In this document: positions 52,540 through 64,000 of the stretch, one piece after another
Position numbering within the stretch: position 1 is the stretch's first letter
Layout: the number at the start of each line of letters is the position of its first letter
Assembly: GCF_006345805.1 (NCBI RefSeq)
Contig: NC_043006.1
Coordinates: 96,472,001-96,536,000 of the forward strand
Origin: Octopus sinensis
Lineage: Eukaryota
Direction: 5' to 3'
DNA: 64,000 nucleotides
The notes under the pieces: model-generated
What the model was told of the DNA's origin: nothing
The model's database searches: none
The model's input: only the letters and a program-made list of their open reading frames with translations
Translations under genes and position numbers: made by a program

Positions 52540-53050
52540 GTTGCAAATTGCTGCCAGGCTAAACAAAAATCTTTGTATGCAACAGAAGCAGTGTTATATT
52601 CCGGTATATACTTAATGTATAGGGAAAAAGCAAATTTACTACGATAGACGTCCGGAGTAAAGATCACTTCTATACATGGATGTATTTTAAAAAGCCAGTA
52701 ATATTTCTGCCTCGTTGGGTGATCTCAGTAGCATATACCCGTGGACTAAAAGCATGCACCTAAATTCTGCAAAGCATTTTTGCCCGCTAATCTTGGTGTT
52801 CTATTCATCCCCTGTTATAATAATAACTTTAGTCATTGAGTTCTGAACCTAAAATTGTTTCTTAAAGGTATCTTATATTAAAGAGAGTGTACTCCTTAAC
52901 AATACCTTTTGAATAATTTCAAGTCAGCCTTTGTCTATATTTCGGAAATACTCTTTAAGAAAATGCATCTCCTACAAAAAGTTCTAAGCAGGACTTGAGC
53001 TCATTCGCTGGAGACTGCAAGGCGTCACAAGTAGTTTGATCTGCTGTCAG
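52540..53050 (-). mobile_element. Heavily decayed RTE-like RT fragment
   Basis: Only remnants of the post-ADD, YLGS and TKxxVY regions are recognisable, across broken frames. Confidence 0.4.
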
Positions 53051-53091
53051 ATCGTCTTTAAAAATACGAAATTGGAAAATATATGCATGAG

Positions 53092-53157
<66 letters not shown>

Positions 53158-53158
<1 letters not shown>

Positions 53159-53748
53159 CTTGAAAAGGAAAGTGAGAGTAGAGAGGCAAGTTTTGTCTAG
53201 CGAATGTTTTAAAAAAAGATGGGTGAATGTAGCAAGAATGGCACGTATGAATGACGAAGCCACCTTGAGCATGATCCTATGAACCCAGAAATTGAAAACA
53301 GAGGGTTACCCACTTGCAAACAAATGTGGTAACATATAACAATATTGACCAAGGTTACCGTGGTAATTTTCGTAAGCTTTTCTTCCCACGGATAAACCTT
53401 ACTTGCTTTCCCCTTTACACCATATATCATAACACTGTGATACACGATCCTATTTTTTTTCCTCTTCCCCTTTTTTTCCCCTTTTTTCTTCCTTTTTCAT
53501 TTCTCTTTTCTTTTGTTCCTTTTCCTTTTCTTCTTTTTTTTATTTTTATTTATTTTTTAAAATTTTATTTTATTTATTTTTTTTTTTTGTTCTTTTCTTC
53601 CCTTTTACGATCCCTCTTGATCGAAAACCTACGCCACCCCTTTTTTTTTTGTTTCTTTTGTTTTTTGTTTTTTTCATCCCCCAAAAGAAAAGCTCTACCT
53701 TGTAACTTGTCCCATCTGTGTGCAGCTCTCTGTGGCCAATAAAGAAAC
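53158..53748 (+). mobile_element. Tx1/L1-like 3' end embedded in (TATC)n
   Basis: KRKVRVERQVLSSECFKKRWVNVARMARM...-stop, T-rich UTR and a ggccaataaagaaac end; (CTAT)n on both sides. Confidence 0.7.
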
Positions 53749-53769
53749 TTATCTATCTATCTATCTGTA

Positions 53770-53832
<63 letters not shown>

Positions 53833-53847
53833 TTATCTATCTACCTG

Positions 53848-53901
<54 letters not shown>

Positions 53902-53907
53902 CCTGTA

Positions 53908-53978
<71 letters not shown>

Positions 53979-54037
53979 TTGAATATGCATACAGTCTTAT
54001 ATATATATACACGAACACACAAACACACACACACACA

Positions 54038-54068
<31 letters not shown>

Positions 54069-54567
54069 TATGTCAGTATTTCATGATTGTATCTATATAT
54101 GGCAATACATATATACTCATATGAATGTTTATTATTGGATTTTGTGATTTCCCGCAACTTTGACAAGATCTACCAGAAAGTCCTACTGAATACACACTTC
54201 CATATTTAGATTCTAATAATCGCATTCATTGAAGACAATTCACTCAATTTGGAAAATGTCTTTGATTTGCAGCTTTCTCTATATTTCTAAGGATTTATAT
54301 TTCCATATCTGTTTCTGGTAAAGAAAATGAAATAATAATTAGGATCGAAATAATAGAAAATACGACCAGAAAATAAGCATGGAATCAAATTTCGCAAAAT
54401 ATAAAAATTACTTACTGAAGAGTAAAACTTAAAAAGAAAAACAAACACACAAAAACAGAAAAAAAACATCGTATAATACAGGACAGAAAGTGGAATTGCA
54501 AAGAAAACTTAGAATATAAGACATTAATAGTGTCTGTAGCCATGGGAATAGATGGACGAATAACTAC

Positions 54568-54640
<73 letters not shown>

Positions 54641-55523
54641 CAAACATATATTATATATATGTATGTAGTTATATATATAATATATATATCTATATATATA
54701 TGTATGTATGTATATATATATATTATATGTATATGTATATATATATATATATAAATACATATATTATATACATTACATATATATATGTGCGTGTGTATGT
54801 ATGATAAATACAGCGGAGAAGGCTAGCCACTGGATTTGGTTAAAAAGAGACGATGAGCGATGGCTAGAAGTATATTGAGTTCTTCATAACCAGCTGATCT
54901 AGCAAGCGGGGCCTCATATCAGTGAGGGGGGCCGGTGCGCATTGATGCCGTCGAGAGGTAGGCCCCGAAACGGCGCGCCTTCTCTCCTGATGACCCCATA
55001 CACTTGCTAGCTTCCGATATACGGAGCTGTTACCTGGTAGCACTTGCACGTGCAAGTTGTTTGCAAGACATATATATATATGTAAAGAAGGTGAGCTGAA
55101 AATTTGATGTAGCCGTGCTGTTTTCTTGTCCTGAAGAGCTAGCCTTCTATAGCTGCATTGACTTGCAAATGTGTAATAGACCAGTGTGATGTGTAACATG
55201 CGTATTGGTGCAGACATGTAAAATAATTTATTATACACTAAAATTACTAATAACGCAATGAAGGCGGCGAAACAGCTGTCATCCTTCGGATATCAACTGG
55301 TGAAGTAAATATAGTCACCTGCCATACTTCCTGACATTTTATGGTCTCTATAATTCGCATGAACTAATTTTACAAAATGGTTCAACTGGATTTTAGCTGC
55401 ACAAAATTCTACCTTTCCATATTGGCGTACAATGCAGTATGTTGCCGAGTCCAGTTTTACGATTACCACAAGATTCTATAAATCCATTTATTGAAATTGC
55501 ACGACAAATTTTATAAAAAAAAA

Positions 55524-55565
<42 letters not shown>

Positions 55566-55750
55566 TATTATATACATACATATGACAATTATTCGATAGC
55601 TATGGTAAAATGCAGTTTCATAGTATTTTTTTTGATACATTCCTCTATTTGCATACTATCGCGGTCTCTTTCATTCTTTTGTTATCATAACATTTCTATC
55701 AATATATACATTCATACATACATGCATATATATTATATATATATATATAG

Positions 55751-55798
<48 letters not shown>

Positions 55799-56289
55799 AT
55801 ATAATATATATTATATATATATATAGTCAAATCTGACTATTATCTCAGGATTAGTTTTTCATGTCTTTTGCCTGGATAATGTGTTTGCAGTTTATATAGT
55901 GATGGGTTCGTCTGTGTGGGTACAGTGATAAGTGTATTTGAACACTAATTTAATTTATATGAATTGTGTTAGAAGGTTTTCCGCTAATCATAACATTGAA
56001 AGTGGTGAAAATATTGCAATTTCGTATTTTCTTAAGAAATTTTTAGTCCATGTTGTCTGTATGAGAGTTTGTTTGTAAATGAATCAGCATCTACAAAAAA
56101 TCTAAGAGGAGGTAATTGGTGATTGTTATTCTAGACAGGGAAGGTAATTGCACTTTTTTGTTGGGGTAAACTTTTTGGGGAGCGTAAATTTATATAAACT
56201 CATGAATTAAGGTAGTAAGATAAAATATGTACTCTGCTCATGCATTCATAAATCAAAATATTTACAAAAACCGAAGTTGATTCTGCGTT

Positions 56290-56560
56290 CATATTCAGGC
56301 GTGTCTTGTATTTTTCAAAAAATATATTTTCTTTATTGAATAGCTCTTGTATAGAAATTATTTCCATGCATTAGTAGATGGGGAAGACCATGAAATTTGG
56401 AGATTCCCTGCACATCTCTCTATGTGTTCACTCAATGATATCTGTCTATACCTTGGGAAATGGATCTGTTCCCTATGCAGTTTAGTTTTCCGTCTAAGTG
56501 ACTTACTTGTTTGGCCTATATAGTTGTGGTCACAACCTGAAGATGTTATCATATAAACTA
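56290..56560 (-). mobile_element. Penelope-like GIY-YIG endonuclease remnant
   Basis: CDHNYIGQTSKSLRRKTKLHREQI...LSEHIERC, then KENIFFEKYKTRLN in a shifted frame. Confidence 0.75.
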
Positions 56561-56916
56561 AATTTTCGTTAATTTAAAATTCATAAAAAATATATTGTGT
56601 GCATTTTTCTTCTTAAATTATATATTCTTTCACTACAACTCAGCACGTAGGGAAAAGCTATTCAATGAAATTAGATTTTTACTATATTCACACATACACA
56701 CTTACACATTTATATTCATCATAGTGTACTGTCTTCTGGATTCTTTGCAATTCGTCTTAGCAATGGGTTTCACAGCAGACATTAGGTAACTGCATGATTA
56801 TATACCGTGTTCATTAGAGATAGCAAGCTTCTTAAGTCATATGATTCCATGGTGGAGAGGAAACGCATGTACACACACACGCATACATAAATACATATAT
56901 ATACATACATACATAT

Positions 56917-56950
<34 letters not shown>

Positions 56951-56954
56951 ACAC

Positions 56955-57333
56955 ACGCAGACAATTTCTGCGACCACATCAGCCCTAACATCTGGCCACC
57001 TAACTCCCCAGACCTCAACCCCTTTGATTATTATGTGTGGGGTGCATTTGAGCGAGAGACCAACAAAACTTGTAACACCAATGAGGAACTGAAGGCAAGG
57101 ACTATGGCAACTTTCACCAACTTAAACAAGGAGACTATCCAAAAGAGTTGCAGGAGATTCCGAGATCGCCAAGAGGCCGCAGTTGAAGACAATGGCGATT
57201 TAATTAAATAATTTACTGTTTATTATTTCAAGATATTTTTATGTAATTTTGGCAAATATATCTGTTAAAATGCGATGTCAGTATTATTTTCATTTTTGCG
57301 TAATTTAGACGACAATTTATTCACAGCAACCTG
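56955..57333 (+). mobile_element. 3' half of DD37D/maT-type Tc1/mariner element with terminal repeat
   Basis: DNFCDHISPNIWPPNSPDLNPFDYYVWGA. Ends gacaatttattcacagcaacctg followed by TA. Confidence 0.85.
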
Positions 57334-57339
57334 TATATA

Positions 57340-57725
57340 CTCTTTTACTCTTTTACTTGTTTCAGTCATTTTGACTGCGGCCATGCTGGAGCACCGCCTT
57401 TAATCGAGCAACTCGACCCCGGGACTTAGTACTTATTCTATCGGTCTCTTTTGCCGAACCGCTATGTGACGGGGACGTAAACACACCAGCATCGGTTGTC
57501 AAGCAATGCTAGGGGGACAAACACACACACACACACACACATATACATATATATACATATATACGACAGGCTTCTTTCAGTTTCCGTCTACCAAATCCAC
57601 TCACAAGGCATTGGTCGGCGCGGGGCTATAGCAGAAGACACTTGCCCAAGTTGCCACGCAGTGGGACTGAACCCGGAACCATGTGGTTGGTTAGCAAGCT
57701 ACTTACCACACAGCCACTCCTGCGA
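57340..57725 (-). mobile_element. SINE family A
   Basis: Near-complete reverse complement with a short internal deletion. Confidence 0.85.
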
Positions 57726-58631
57726 TACAAATACCTAAGTACATACACACACACACACATATGTTTAGACAGTTATGAGCTCAAACATTTTTGTGCGCCC
57801 CCCCCCCGCCCACCCCCACCGCCACCACACACAAAAATACTCGGACACTGATGGAGCGAAATGCACATCCTACGGCTCCACACGGCTACCAAAGCGGTGA
57901 TTCGAAAACCTCAGGCAGCAAGGCAATTTGCATGCAATATATAGTCCTACTTTCTGTTCGCCGGCTTAGTCTCTGTTAGCCTGTCCGCTTCTCTCTCTCC
58001 TTCTTTCTCTGTTTCTGTCTCTCTTTCACTCTCTCTCCTTATTTCTTTCCCATCACCCCTCTCTTTCTCCACAAGCATTTGTAAATGAGTTCTTAACCCG
58101 AAATATCGAGACTAATTAAATATTACTATGGTAACATTTCAAACGTTTTCTTAGATGTGCATTGCACACACAGTAGACAAATACACACACACACGCGCAC
58201 ACACGAACGCGCGCGCGCATATATACACATACGATAGATAAATATATATATGTGTATACTCACGCACATTTATCATCTATAAAACATACATTGTATAATA
58301 ATATTTATATATATTCATATATGTATAGACACATATACATACATATATCGAAAGCTCTACACGTGCAGACACACATATATATGCATATATACATGCATAC
58401 AGATATATATATATATATATATATTTATATATTTATTTGTGAGTGTGTGTGAGTGTGTGTGTGTGTGTATCAGACACATACACACAGATACAAGCTCACA
58501 CTCAGTGTTGTGTGTGTACGTGGTGTGCATGGATGAGTGCATTTGGGGTAGCTGTGTCTTTTTTCATAAGTGCAAGTGGCTTACAAGTGGTGTAACTATG
58601 TTTAAATCTTCTTACGTGCATATACATACAT

Positions 58632-58699
<68 letters not shown>

Positions 58700-58703
58700 T
58701 ATA

Positions 58704-58740
<37 letters not shown>

Positions 58741-59008
58741 ATATATATATATATTTACATATTTTATTGATAGTAATAATACATAAATATAGACACATGT
58801 CTATATATATATATATATATATTATATACACATTTATATGTATAAATAAGAATATGTATATATATATATATATATATACATATATATACATAATGCATGT
58901 TTTGCGCTTTATCCTTTGCGTTAATGTACGATAGTTGTGTAGGCGTGTTTTTAAATGTGCATCTGTGTGCGTCTGTGTGTATATGTGTCTGTCTCTCTGT
59001 GTGCGTGG

Positions 59009-59066
<58 letters not shown>

Positions 59067-60053
59067 GATCGTATGGTTGATGAGGTATCGATGGGAAGCA
59101 AAATATAAATAAATAAAAACGAACAACAAAATACAATAACAGCCAAGCAAACACGTAACATAAACTGATTCATTACATGAAAACGAGGAAAAGCAATGAA
59201 AGAAACGAAGGAGAATAATTTGAATAAATAAATAAATAAACAAATAAATAAGAAATGATATGTGTTTTGTTTTGCCTTTTAGTTTTATCTAACTTTATAA
59301 AATATGTTCTTTTTTATCTCCCTTTGTTCTTTTCTCTTTTATTTATTTATGTATTTTTTTTACACATATATTTATTTCCGTATTCATTATTTCACTAACA
59401 GATCGGTGAGGGCAGCGACAATGGAGGCGCTGATGAAGTTGTCATCAGTAAAATGGTGGGCGCTGGCCGGCGTTGTGTGTAACAGCAGAAAACTATAATT
59501 TGTAGCTGATCCCTTGAGGGAGGGAGAAGGAAGGTGGTATAGAAGCAGTGATTAAGGCGCGAAACACGGTGTGATCTTATGAATAAATGCAATTAGATTT
59601 GTAATTAACACAATAAAAGGCAGACTTAGCAGTGTCATCATGGCTGTTGATTGTACAAGGGTTGTATAGCTTTGTGTGTGAGTGTGCATCTAAATAGACG
59701 CGTGAAACGATGTTTTGTGTATGTGTTTATATGTTATGCCTCTCCATGTGTATGAGTGAGTATGTGTGTGAATTGGAAACTTCACATTGGATAATAAATG
59801 GGCTTGTCATACTATTTCTATATACGTATATATATGTGTATTTGAGAGAAAAGCTGTGTGCGTGAGAGGCTAGATAATTGGGTGTGTGTATGTATGAATA
59901 TATATTTATTTGTGTATGTACGTGCGTGTATATTTGTATATATCCGTCAGCCTGATTGTCGTTGAAAATCCAGAGTAGTAGAGGAGAGCGCAGTAAATGC
60001 CTGTGTATATTTCTGAATGCATTTATAACTACACACGTCTATATATATATATA

Positions 60054-60114
<61 letters not shown>

Positions 60115-60117
60115 TAA

Positions 60118-60212
<95 letters not shown>

Positions 60213-61649
60213 GTATATATATATGTATATATATATATCTGGCACTAACTATTTTGGTATGCGTGTGTGTTTGTATGTAAGTGTATGGGTTTGCATGTAT
60301 CCATATGCATATATATGTACTATGCATGAGGGTATGTATGTATGCACGTATGTATGTATGTATTTATGCATGTATGTACGTATGTATGTATGTATGTATG
60401 TATGTATGTATGTATGTATGTATGTATGTATGTGAGTGTCTATTCATTGACATACATATTTGTGTGTGTACGAGAATATGCTTGCATTTATGTAGGTTAT
60501 TATGTATATATGTATGTGCATGTATATGTATGCATATATACATTTATATACGAATGCATATTTTTGTATTTCTTTGTTAATTATCCGAATTCTAACTTCT
60601 TGAAAGGTGTTGGTTTCTAAGACAAAAATCTCCATCTCAGGAAGCTGGAGAAGAATAAAAGTAAAAAAATAGAAAAAAGAGAGTTACATCTTTGACTTTA
60701 CACACGTCTTTCATATTTTTACTGTTCCACTTACTATATTCGTTTAAGATCTAGTTGTTTCATCACTTTCTTTGCTTGAAAATCTTCAGTACTTGTGTTA
60801 GTCCTCTAAATATTTATTATCTCTGCCAAGCCCACTAGTAATAATTAAATACGAAATTTTGAATTTATAATCGTTGTATGCGTGTGTGAATGTGTGTGTA
60901 TATGTGCAAGTGCATGCTTGCGTAAACAGGCAGGCACACATATATTTAGAATGAGCTTTCGCACACTTGTCAACATATTCTAATCACACGGTGATGTTCA
61001 AACGGAGGCTACAGCAGAAGATACTTGCCCAAATTATCACGTAAGGAATCGAAACCGAAACCACATGACTGCACATAAAATTTCTAAACTACATGACCAT
61101 CTATGCACGCACACACACATATATGTATACATATACATATACTATTGAAGAACTGTGATATTACACGAACTTAAGTATTTTAATATACATTGTATCTAAT
61201 CTGTATGTTAGGTGGGGGGGAACTGAAAATTGAAATTTCATAAATATTTACTCTGTTCAAATTATAGATAAAAGATGGCTCGGGAGGGTGGCTTGGGAGG
61301 ATGCAAAAATGAACACCACAAAGAGGAACATCTCTAAAAAGGGAGAAAATATATTAATAAATAAATAAAACATTTTTCCTTGTTTGTTTTTCCTTTCTAT
61401 ACTTTAGACATAGATACGAATGTGGAAATTTCCAATCTCTATTGTCCACGTTAAGCTAGCTTAATGTGTAAGTTCTTGCGGCACTAGTTCATTATTTGTT
61501 GTACTGTGTCAATTGTGGTATTGTGGCCCATATATAGCAAGAAATGAAAAAAATTGGAACTTTTTTCAGTGCTTTAACTGCTTTTGAACGCTAAGCTTGA
61601 ATGAAACTACGGAAATGTTTGTACCTGCCACTGGTGAACCGTAATCAGA

Positions 61650-62450
61650 ACCAAAAATACTGGTTCAAGACACGGGGCTTGATATAGAAGATAAGGTTTA
61701 ATGAACATACCAGAAGCTCTCTCCAGGGATGAGTCCTTATATTGTGCGATAAACTTGAAGATTTAGACTGCTTACATTGTAAGGAAACAGCTGAGAAATG
61801 AGTTTTGTAAGATACAAACTCGAAACTTTCTACAACGATTTACCTTAAGGATGCTTATTCGCATGACACATGGATGCCATATAGACGACATATCAACATC
61901 CCCGAGTTATTCCTCCAGACTATGTATTAAACATCAGGTGGAAATCATTAATATCTGACAAAGAAACGCCGAAGATGTTGATCTTTATCAGAATGGAAGC
62001 TAGCATTTTGAAACATCATATACTTTGGGTTGGTCATGAAATTAGTTGACATTAGGATTTCGAAACAATTATTTGTGGTAAATGAGGTATTGGTAAGTGT
62101 CTCCAATACAAGACAAAGGAGAGATTTTGAAGCATCAGAAAAGAAAACCTTAAGATTTTCTTTCTTTTTAATATTAACCCTAATAATTGGAAACGTCTTA
62201 TAGTGAATAAAAGCGAATGGGAACGAACACTTAACCAGCAGTGTCTGCAGCTTGAAACAAAATGGACTGTGCATTGAGTTGTGAAACGAAGTGTCTGTAA
62301 TAAAGTTGTGTAGAGGGTCGGCAACAAAGAAGTTGATGTTGTGTAGTAGGGCATTCAGAACTCATCTCATTTGCTCTCTCTGCACCTATCTTACGCTTTC
62401 TTATTATGTTGGAAGACAAATACAAGAGATTTATGCACCACTAGAACACA
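61650..62450 (+). mobile_element. Decayed RTE-clade LINE 3' region
   Basis: Remnants of TWxPYRRHI, ILNIRW, WVGH...RISKQLF and NINPNNWKRL...W across broken frames. Confidence 0.65.
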
Positions 62451-63324
62451 ATTTTATGCATAAGAATGTGCACATTTGTTAAGCAACATAAATTTCACTG
62501 AACTTTCTTGACTCTGAAGACTAAGACGGTGTAAACCACTGAGTCGTACATTACAATTTGATCACACCCCGACGCATATTACACAATTAGAAGATAAACT
62601 ATACTAAAGTAAAATCTAACACCACTAACATAAACACTACTCTTGTTTATACCATTATCATCATTAAAATCGTCCCCATTATCGGCACAGCTACCATAAT
62701 CCTCCTCCTCCTTGTCCTCGTCGTTTCTCCTCCTCGACCTTCTCCTCCTCTTCATCCCTCCCCCCCTCGTCCTTCTCATTATCATTATCGTCATCATCGA
62801 CATCGTCTGCTTCATCATCATTATCGCCTTTATTGTAACCACCAGAGTTATTTGTTAGTAATCATTAGCGACAATATTATCAAATTTATTATATAAGTTA
62901 GAATGCGAATTATTTTCTCTGAGCTAAACGCATAAAGCTTAGCAAAGATGGTACAATTACTTTCTCTTTTTAAATTCCCTATAAATCTAAATATATATAT
63001 TTTAGAACTCTAAATTATATATTTTTAATTTTTGATTTATTCGTGCACTTCGTTATAGTATTACATGTTACCTATGACTTAAAAGGGAGTTAACTGCGAT
63101 TTTCTACTGCGATGAAATTTTATATAACGAGTGATGAGACACGGGAGGCTGAATTGGATGTTAGCGTTGTAGATGCTGGGGCAGTAGTGTGCCATCGCTA
63201 GCATGCGACCTTCAGATGAGGAAAGGCTGGAACACTCCCCAACCAAAAAATAAAAACAAAAACAAAAAAACTAAACTTGCTACCTTCCGTTTGGTTTTCG
63301 TGCCTATACTCAACTTTTATCTTT

Positions 63325-63720
63325 TAATTGTTTCAGTCATTAGACTGTGGCCATGCTGGAACACCGCCTTGAGGAAGTTTTAGTCGAATCAGTCGGCCTC
63401 AATACTTAAATATTTTGTTACGTTTGGTACTTATTCTATCGGGCTCTAATAACGAACAGCTAAGTTACGGGAACATAAATACACCAACTTCGGCTGTCAA
63501 GCGTTGATGGGCGACAAACACAGACACAAAGACGCTCACGTAGATATATACGTATATACGACAGGCTTCTTTCAGTTTCTTTCTACCAAATCCACAAAAG
63601 GCTTTGGTCGGCCCGAGGCTACAGTAGACAACACTTGCCAAAGTTTTCACGCAGCAGGATTGAACCTAGAATCATGTGGTTAGGAGGTAAGCGTCTTACC
63701 ACATTACCACGCCTGTGCCT
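63325..63720 (-). mobile_element. SINE family A (diverged)
   Basis: Reverse complement of head and tail. Confidence 0.8.
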
Positions 63721-64000
63721 TGTGGTCATGGATGTTGGTTAAAGATCTAGAGAGTAGATCTCTAAATACAATATGACTAAATAGTGTTTTTTCCGAAGAG
63801 TATATGGTGTAACGTTACTCAACAATGTGTGTAGTTCGGAGGTAGAGAATCCAACCGAGCCGGTCCAGATCAAGCCGGTACCTCTCCCCATTGAGGAGTC
63901 ACAGCTCCGGTACTACGGAAATGGACTAAACTGTTACAGGAAAGAATCGCACGACAGATTCTTCAAGTCAAGCCTAGATAGACGAGGAATGAGATGTTAG

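Noticed and set aside
59429-59575. CTGATGA...GAAAC as a hammerhead
   Set aside because: No stem II, G at the cleavage position, and CTGATGA is sequestered in its own hairpin.
63780-64000. GC-richer sequence at the window end as an exon or retroelement
   Set aside because: No recognisable motif in the frames examined; truncated by the window edge.

Overview
Repeat-saturated animal genomic DNA, most likely an octopus (inferred from the tRNA-derived SINE families and the very dense (TA)n/(TAA)n/(TATC)n/(TG)n microsatellites; not confirmed by search). I found no host protein-coding exon, and nearly all long ORFs in the track are microsatellite artefacts. The window holds many SINE copies (labelled families A, B, D, E here; the labels are mine), decayed LINE fragments (CR1-like, Tx1/L1-like, R4/Dong-like, RTE-like), Penelope-like element (PLE) remnants, Tc1/mariner remnants and a MITE, two non-autonomous Helitrons and a 100-N gap. 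The standout is a ~2 kb ORF-less array at 45903-47871: 3.4 head-to-tail copies of a ~480-bp unit plus one inverted copy. Each unit carries a foldable type I hammerhead ribozyme, making it a candidate cephalopod retrozyme / circular-RNA retroelement. A second, unrelated minimal hammerhead lies at 35590-35676. Ribozyme and TIR coordinates were counted base by base; SINE and LINE boundaries are approximate (tens of bp).
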